DNA of 64,000 nt, taken from positions 121,024,001 to 121,088,000 of the forward strand of contig OX597819.1 of assembly GCA_951406725.2 (NCBI GenBank), written 5' to 3'. The DNA is from Octopus vulgaris (lineage: Eukaryota). Shown piece by piece: positions 55,920 to 64,000 of the stretch; position 1 is the first letter of the stretch, and each line of letters starts with the position of its first letter. The notes beneath the pieces were generated by a model. It was not told the DNA's origin, did no database searches, and worked only from the letters and a program-made list of their open reading frames with translations. The position numbers and the translations under genes are program-made.

Positions 55920-56105
55920 AGAGTTTACGAAAAAAATAAAAGACGAAGACAGGTGGTGTACAAAACAAACAGATGTATTAGTATAACGCTCAGGAATAGA
56001 AAAAAGTCTTTTACGTTTCGAGTGTACGCTCTTCTACAGAAAGGGACTCAGAAAAACAAGGAGAGAAACAAGGAGAGAAAAAAATGGCTAACGATCTATC
56101 ATGGC
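55917..56105 (-). mobile_element. Family F element
   Basis: Matches 6127-6331. Confidence 0.8.
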
Positions 56106-56107
56106 AA

Positions 56108-56147
<40 letters not shown>

Positions 56148-56211
56148 ATACAAATTTATATCTATCTATAAATCTTCCTAGCTATCTATCTATATCTATC
56201 TCTCTATCTAT

Positions 56212-56280
<69 letters not shown>

Positions 56281-56662
56281 ACTCTCTCTTTTACTCTTTT
56301 ACTTGTTTCAATCATTTGACTGCGGCCATGCTGGAGCACCGACTTTAGTCGAGCAAATCGACCCCGGAACTTATTCTTTGTAAGCCCAGTACTTATTCTA
56401 TCACTCTCTTTTGCCGTACCGCTAAGTGACGGGGACGTAAACACACCAGCATCGGTTGACAAACATATACACACACATACACATATATATACATATGTAC
56501 GACAAGCTTCTTTCATTTTCCGTCTACCAAATCCACTCACAAGGCTTTGGTCGACCTGAGGCTATAGTAGAAGACACTTGCCCAAGATGTCACGCGGTGA
56601 GATTGAACCCAGAACCATGTGGTTGGTTAGCAAGTTACTTACCACACAGTCACTCCTGCGCT
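56281..56662 (-). mobile_element. SINE family B
   Basis: Full reverse copy. Confidence 0.9.
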
Positions 56663-57014
56663 TATATATATATATATGTATAATTATATATCCACTGATA
56701 CTATTATAAACAATAATATCCGTATGGATATGTTCCAGCACACAGACAAACACATATATACCCATTTATACTGGCACAAACACAGACATAATCGTAGCGA
56801 CAGACAAGCAACACAAGATAAAGACAGGTAGATACAAAGACAGCAACACACCCGCACGCATGTACAGACATACATTTATATACACCTCCATACAGAAGCG
56901 TACACGCGGGACCACAGAGAGCAAACTAGGAAAACAGGTGCGCAGAGATAGTCGCACTTGTGCACTCACTCACTTACACGCACACACACACACACACACT
57001 TACACGGACATAGA

Positions 57015-57050
<36 letters not shown>

Positions 57051-58028
57051 TAAAATTTATACAGGCTTGCCCACACGGAGCCATCAAATAAGCCGATTAT
57101 TCCAACTAACGCATAGACAGAACTACACAAACACATACACACACATACACACACATATACATTTCTACAGGTAGGAGCACAAAAACCCCAATAATGATAC
57201 AGGACAAAAATTACACGTGGGGAAACACCCGCACGCACATATTCACATATATATACACAGACATAAATACACATACATATGCAGAGGCTTACACACACAT
57301 ACTTTATACATGCACAAACATACACACACAAGCACACCTACTGAACCGTAAAGAACAAACAGGCAAATGAACACACACACACACGCTCTAACAGACACAC
57401 GCTCAGACAGACACACACAGGCACTCACATTCACAGATACATATACATTTCTACACACACACACACGCACTCACACTCACAGATACATATACATTTCTAC
57501 ACACGCACACACACACACACGCTCAGACACACACACACACACACACACGCACTCACACTCACAGATACATATACATTTCTACACACACACACACACATAC
57601 ACACACGCTCAAAGTTTCACAGACAACAAACAGACAAACAAAACGATAGCGTCACCAACGCCAACACCAACACCAACACAAACGTATACATAGGCTTAGA
57701 CACACATACACACACATGAACACCTGCTACACACACACACATATAGACAGAAGTATCTGCAGATGTTATCTTGCAAAGAACTGGCGGACACAATGGTTGT
57801 CACCAAAGGACATTATTTGGCGGACTGATTACAGAGATTAGTTGGAAATATGACTGCCAGATAATTCTTCCTGATTTCCCACGATGTTGCGAAGATCTGT
57901 TTAATGAATAAATATTTTCACCTTATTTACTCAGATCTGTTTGTGGACTTTTCGCTCACTTTATTTACCATTATCTCTCTTCGCTTTCTTGGAGGTTCTA
58001 CCTCCATATGTGTATATGTATATGTATG

Positions 58029-58101
<73 letters not shown>

Positions 58102-58145
58102 CTGTTTTCTTGTTGGATTCTTTATATGTTTATATATTGTTTATA

Positions 58146-58182
<37 letters not shown>

Positions 58183-59624
58183 TTATTATATAGAAGGAGC
58201 TTCTATAGTACTGTTTCATTCAAGAGAAATCTTCAAATTATTTTATAACCCCGAATCAACCCGGGACCTATATTTTATATATATATATATATATTTATAT
58301 ATGTACATCTATGTATGTATGTCTATACACACACACATATATATATATATACGTACATCTATATATCTATCTACATATATATATGTGTGTGTGTGTGTGT
58401 GTATTCGTTATTTAATATCGTGACTTGTTTATGGTTTGGTTACGTCAGCATTTTTCTTGTACAAAATCCTTACTCATCGATATTAGCGATGATGAAGCTG
58501 TATCTGCTTGCTGCTGTTGATGGTGATGATGATAATGATGATGATAATGATGGTGGTGATGACGATTATGAAGCTGCTGCTGCTGATGATGATGATAACT
58601 TTAATAACGATGATAATGACGAACGACTTTGTAGACTATTATGATGACGTCAACGACGGCGACGATAATGATGATGATGATGATGATTGTAGATTTGGGA
58701 ATTCATTTGATGACAATTATTAATTCCATTGCAAATCAATAAAAATTACATTTATTTTTATTTTTCCACTGTTTTTAATCTTTATGATTTTTATATTTTT
58801 ATGGTTGAAAGTATTTCTAATTTAAAATATTTGTCTTGATAATCTCATCTCTCCACCCACAACAAATGTGTGTATGGCTCGTGTATATGTATGTGTGTAA
58901 GTATATGTGTGTGTGTGAGTGTGTGTGTCGCACACGTAATTTACGCAATGATACCCCCCCCGTTCTCTTATGGAGTCAGTAGCAGTTACTGCTTGGTTTT
59001 TGTTTACTTTCTCTCGAAGCGAAGATAATCTCTACAAATCCAAAATTTTCTTCGTATGGTATTTAACATACCACTCTCCCTCTCTATCTGTTGTCTAAAT
59101 TTAAGCCCCTAATCGATATGATTTTTTACACCAGGGATGAGCCAATTGATAACTATTGATCTTTCGGTGTCTATCTGGCTATCGAAGGTATCAATAAACA
59201 GCTAAAATGATATTGAGCATTAAGGATGCTGAAGTATTAGTGGACTGAATCTGGAAGATCATGGTAATTTCAAGTTAAAACTCATTAAATTCCATCCAAA
59301 TATCGATGCCATATGTGGTATTAACTAAACACATATTTCAAATTGATATTCCGACTATATCGATATAATGTCTGAATTTTCTTTTATTTGTTTATTTGTT
59401 TCAGTCATTTGAGGGCGGTCATGCTGGAGCGCCGCCTTTAATCGAGCAAATCGACCCCAAGAATTATTCTTTGTAATCCTAGCACTTATTCCATCGGTCA
59501 ATTTTACCAAACCGCTAAGTGACGGAGACGGAAACTCACCAGCATCGGTTGTCAAGGGATGGTGGGGAGACAAACACAAGCAGAAACACAAACACACATA
59601 TAGAAACACATATACCACACACAC

Positions 59625-59734
<110 letters not shown>

Positions 59735-59785
59735 AAAAAAGTCAATGTAGAAAATTCTAACATAATTTTATAAAAACCATTTCAT

Positions 59786-59829
59786 AAAAATATGGAAAGC
59801 TTCACGAATTTGCGTGTCATCCTTGCACA
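59786..59829 (-). pseudogene. U6: Inverted copy of U6 snRNA 3' end (~44 nt)
   Basis: Reverse complement reads tgtgcaaggatgacacgcaaattcgtgaagctttccatattttt. Confidence 0.92.
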
Positions 59830-59830
59830 T

Positions 59831-59936
59831 GTACTAGCTACGGTGGTACATATTCTAGAATTGGAACGTTAGAGAGAAGATTAGCATGGTCCCTGCGCAA
59901 GGTTGACACGCAAATTCGTGACGTGTTCCACATTTT
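59831..59936 (+). pseudogene. U6: Full-length U6 snRNA pseudogene
   Basis: gtactagctacggtggtacatattctagaattggaacgttagagagaagattagcatggtccctgcgcaaggttgacacgcaaattcgtgacgtgttccacatttt. The ACAGAGA box is mutated to AGAGAGA, and there is no room for an upstream promoter. Confidence 0.93.
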
Positions 59937-60639
59937 ATTTAAAATTATTTTAGATTTCCTACCTTGACTTTTTTCCATACATATCAACTCGTGTGTTCCG
60001 TTTGAGCCTTCTAAACACACACACACACATACATATATATACGATGGGATTTTCTCAGTTTCCGTCTACCAAATCCACTCACAAGGCTTTGGTCGGCCCG
60101 AGGCTATAGTAAAAGACATTCGCCCAAGGTGCCACGCAGTAGGACGGAACCTGGAACCATGTGGTTGGAAAGCAAGGTACTTACCACACAGCCACTCCTG
60201 GTATCATGTACATATGAATGCATGTATGTTTGACATTGTTCAGTTTTTTTTCAAGATTTCCTGTCGACGAGGAAAGAGCTGGTTTCTAACCTCGATCCAA
60301 GCCTCCTTCACTGGAACAGGATATTTTGCATGTGCTTGCGTATATGTGCAGTATTTCGAGCCACTGCAAGTGCATAATTAATAATTGTGCATTTTGTTTT
60401 AGGTACGTATTCTCATGCATATATTTGCATGTCTAGACATACGCATATATACTTAAATGATAAACTTCTGGAAAGTTTTACAGACCTTTACAGTTCCAGT
60501 GATGGTTTGGATCTACCCGAATGTAAAACTGGATCCCCAATTTCATTTGGCAGATTGGAGATATTTTTGTGAAGATTGTTATTCAGTGGCTGGCACTTAT
60601 ATGACTAGTAGAGTTTCTTCAAAATTTGATTATATTTGA

Positions 60640-61420
60640 CATGCTGAGGAGGAGTGAGATTGGATGATTGGGTGTATAATTAGAGAATGTTCTATCTTGT
60701 GATGAAGACACACTGTAGATCGTCTCCAAAACGGGGGTATACTACTATGGAGAGGAAAAGATTGGTGAATGCAGATGAAAACTGCTGTGCAGTGTCTGAC
60801 CATTTAGGAAGGCATATTGTCAAGGGCTTGTTAGTCTAATTTTCAAGGATATATTTAGTTTTTGATTTTTCTGCTATACTAGTTGTATTCCTCTAGATCT
60901 TCCCGCCAAAGATGTTTTGACCTTTATCCTCATACGTCAGCGATCACGTATTGATTTCTTTGCTGTGGCCAAATACTTGACCGTTAGATTTTCAGGTCAG
61001 TACACACATATTAATATTTTTTTAATGTTTTTCTTGCTTGCATGGTGATTTTGGTATTGTCAGACAATATCAGGCTTCCATGATAGTTCTATTTTCGTGA
61101 AAAATTTTATGGGACATAAAAATATTATCCCCCAGTATTTTTTTCATGTAACTCTGTTTTGCGATGTATGCTTTAATTCGTTGCTACAGCTTCTTGATCT
61201 AAATGCATTTTGAAACTAAAACAGTGCCTTATTAGTATGTAGATTGCAACAGTTGGAGTACTGAAGTTTGCAACTTTACAGTCACGATTACAGATGAAAC
61301 TGGATATTACTAACTTGTTCTCAGGTATAAATGCAGGTGTTATTGATAAGAAGGCTTTTAGTAGTTTTGATGCCTTTGTTATATATCTTTAAATAGCGTG
61401 AAATTTCTGAAGTGTTCACG
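60640..61420 (-). pseudogene. Possible highly decayed PLE ORF remnant
   Basis: Fragmentary minus-strand peptides (TKSLLIN.., LTICLPKW, SHSSSA..) loosely resemble PLE endonuclease regions. Confidence 0.3.
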
Positions 61421-61574
61421 GTAGATGTGGATTTGAAACAATACTTTTTCTTTCTGAGGACTTTATAAACCCATTATTCCGCACAGTATTTTTTACAGAT
61501 ACATCTCGCTATAATTTCACTGTTAAAAAAGAAATATGTGATGCTGGAGGTTTTCATAATTTATCTTAAATTTG

Positions 61575-61952
61575 TTTGCTTGCTTTGGTCATTATCCTAC
61601 ATGTTTTTAGTCAAATAAATCGACCCCATGACTTATTTTTAAGCCTAGTACTAATTTTCTATCGTCCCTTTTGCTCAACTACTAAGTTACGGGGACGTAA
61701 ACAAAACAACAGCGGTTCTTACGCGGTGGTGAGGGACAAACACACAAAGATACACAGACTGAAACTGAAAGAAGCCCGTCATATATATGTAAGACGGGTT
61801 TCTTTCAGTTTCCGTTTACCATATCCTCTCAGAAGGATTTTGTTGCCTCGAAATTATAGAAGACACTAACCCAATGTGCAAAGGCGTAAAACTGAACATG
61901 AAAACATGTGCTTGAGAAGGAAGCTTCTGACCACACAGACACGCCTGCACCT
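61575..61952 (-). mobile_element. Degenerate SINE family B
   Basis: ctaagttacggggacgtaaaca and ttctttcagtttccgt. Confidence 0.7.
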
Positions 61953-62193
61953 ATGTATATGATACGTATTAATGTATATATATATATATATAATATTGCC
62001 CATTGTTCTGTCGAGGTTTATATGCCCTGACATCCTAACATCAGTCTATTTTTTATAGTCAATATGCAGTGAAAATTTATAATTATCTATGTACCTCCCT
62101 CTATCTCTCTATCTACCTATGTATCTCCCTCTCTATCTATCTCTTTTTATCTATCTCTCTATGTATCTCTCTCTATCTATCATCTATCTATCT

Positions 62194-62237
<44 letters not shown>

Positions 62238-63104
62238 GCACATACATACATACATATATATATATGTATATATACATACAGGCTCACACATACACGTATG
62301 TATGTACATATGTCCATGTGTGCATATCACTATATGTATTTACATATGCCTGATGGTTGGCGGATGTCTGCCATGTATGTAAATAGTTCTCGTGAAATAA
62401 AATATGTAGCTAGTTACATTATCTTGCTGGCGTGGGATCTTGCAGTATTGGTCTACACTTCGACAGAATGGCTACCCCTAAAAGATTAGAAGATGATCAT
62501 AAATTATTATTATATCGTGAAACAAAGATAAAAACTCACTGGTCAATATTTTATCTATAGTTCCGATAAGGTTGCAGCGAGGTGGGGGGTAAGGCCACTT
62601 AATCTTAGTTTGTCTGTGCTTATAATAAACATCGTAGCAATATGTGGGACAAGTTAGACAGCGAGCGAGATATAGCTAATGATAGAAGGATACATATATA
62701 TATATAGGAAGAGAAGGAGAGAGAGTGAGAGAGAAAGATATATAGATATACGGAGAAGGGGAAAGCAAGAGCTGTGCTGAGCGGACAGGAGTAAGGGTTG
62801 TAAATAGCTAAGCGGTTGGAAAGCGATTGATAAGAGACCATCTGAACGGAGAATCAGAATAAACAAAATCCTTTTGCTTCCCACTACATACGAGTTTAAG
62901 TGATCTGCTGACTCATGATAAATATTGGGTAGTAAGGCTTATAAATAAACGATGATATGGTTAATAACTAATGTGTCCCTTTGAAGTTACCACATAAATA
63001 CAACAGAGCGAAACCTGACCATGGATTCCGCTTAATACAACTGAAAGAAACAGATGCCTTACGGTTTCAGGCTGAGGATATGCTTCTTGCTATGTATTCT
63101 TATC

Positions 63105-63720
<616 letters not shown>

Positions 63721-63784
63721 TCAGCGGCAGCATTATCCTTACTATACCTGTTATTATCATTATATTATTGTTGTTGATGTCAAA

Positions 63785-63972
63785 GTAGTTTTCTGCTTTC
63801 AACAGAGTGTAGGAAGTGATCAATCTGATTCTTGCAGTTTTGATTATTGAACATCAAGTTGTTACCGGTGTCTTTGGATATTTGGTTTCATATCTTAAGA
63901 TCCTTGCCACACCAAGGAGATATGCTCTCTCTTCTTTCTTTGGCTTACAAAGTTCTTATGCTGGAAGGCAAT
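63785..63972 (-). mobile_element. Second R4/Dong-like 3' fragment in (TAA)n
   Basis: Minus-strand RAYLLGVARILR (compare ALLGTAHILR). (ATT)n on both sides. Confidence 0.6.
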
Positions 63973-64000
63973 GTTATTATTATTATTATTATTATTATTA

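Noticed and set aside
58490-58720. Asp-rich ORF
   Set aside because: Degenerate (GAT)n repeat.
59831-59936. Functional U6 gene
   Set aside because: ACAGAGA box mutated, many substitutions, and the upstream region is an inverted U6 piece and microsatellite rather than PSE/TATA.

Overview
AT-rich, microsatellite-saturated animal DNA. The SINE families and repeat landscape suggest an octopus or other coleoid cephalopod (inference), in intronic or intergenic sequence. No intact host protein-coding gene is supported: almost all listed ORFs are translations of (TA)n, (CA)n, (ATC)n or (ATT)n tracts, or of repeats. The window holds several tRNA-derived SINE families, decayed LINEs (CR1-group, RTE, R4/Dong, probable Tx1), Tc1/mariner remnants including a full-length decayed mariner, and Penelope-like element (PLE) GIY-YIG remnants. 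The most striking signal is a set of short non-coding, PLE-type insertions. They carry minimal type-I hammerhead ribozyme (HHR) motifs, sit in (TA)n tracts, and form palindromes with the sense 3' ends pointing outward. One has a 361-bp retrozyme-like unit with a compensatory U3-A8 HHR core. A U6 snRNA copy plus 3' extension is inserted with the same palindromic architecture. Coordinates were read by eye; degenerate boundaries may be off by some tens of bases.
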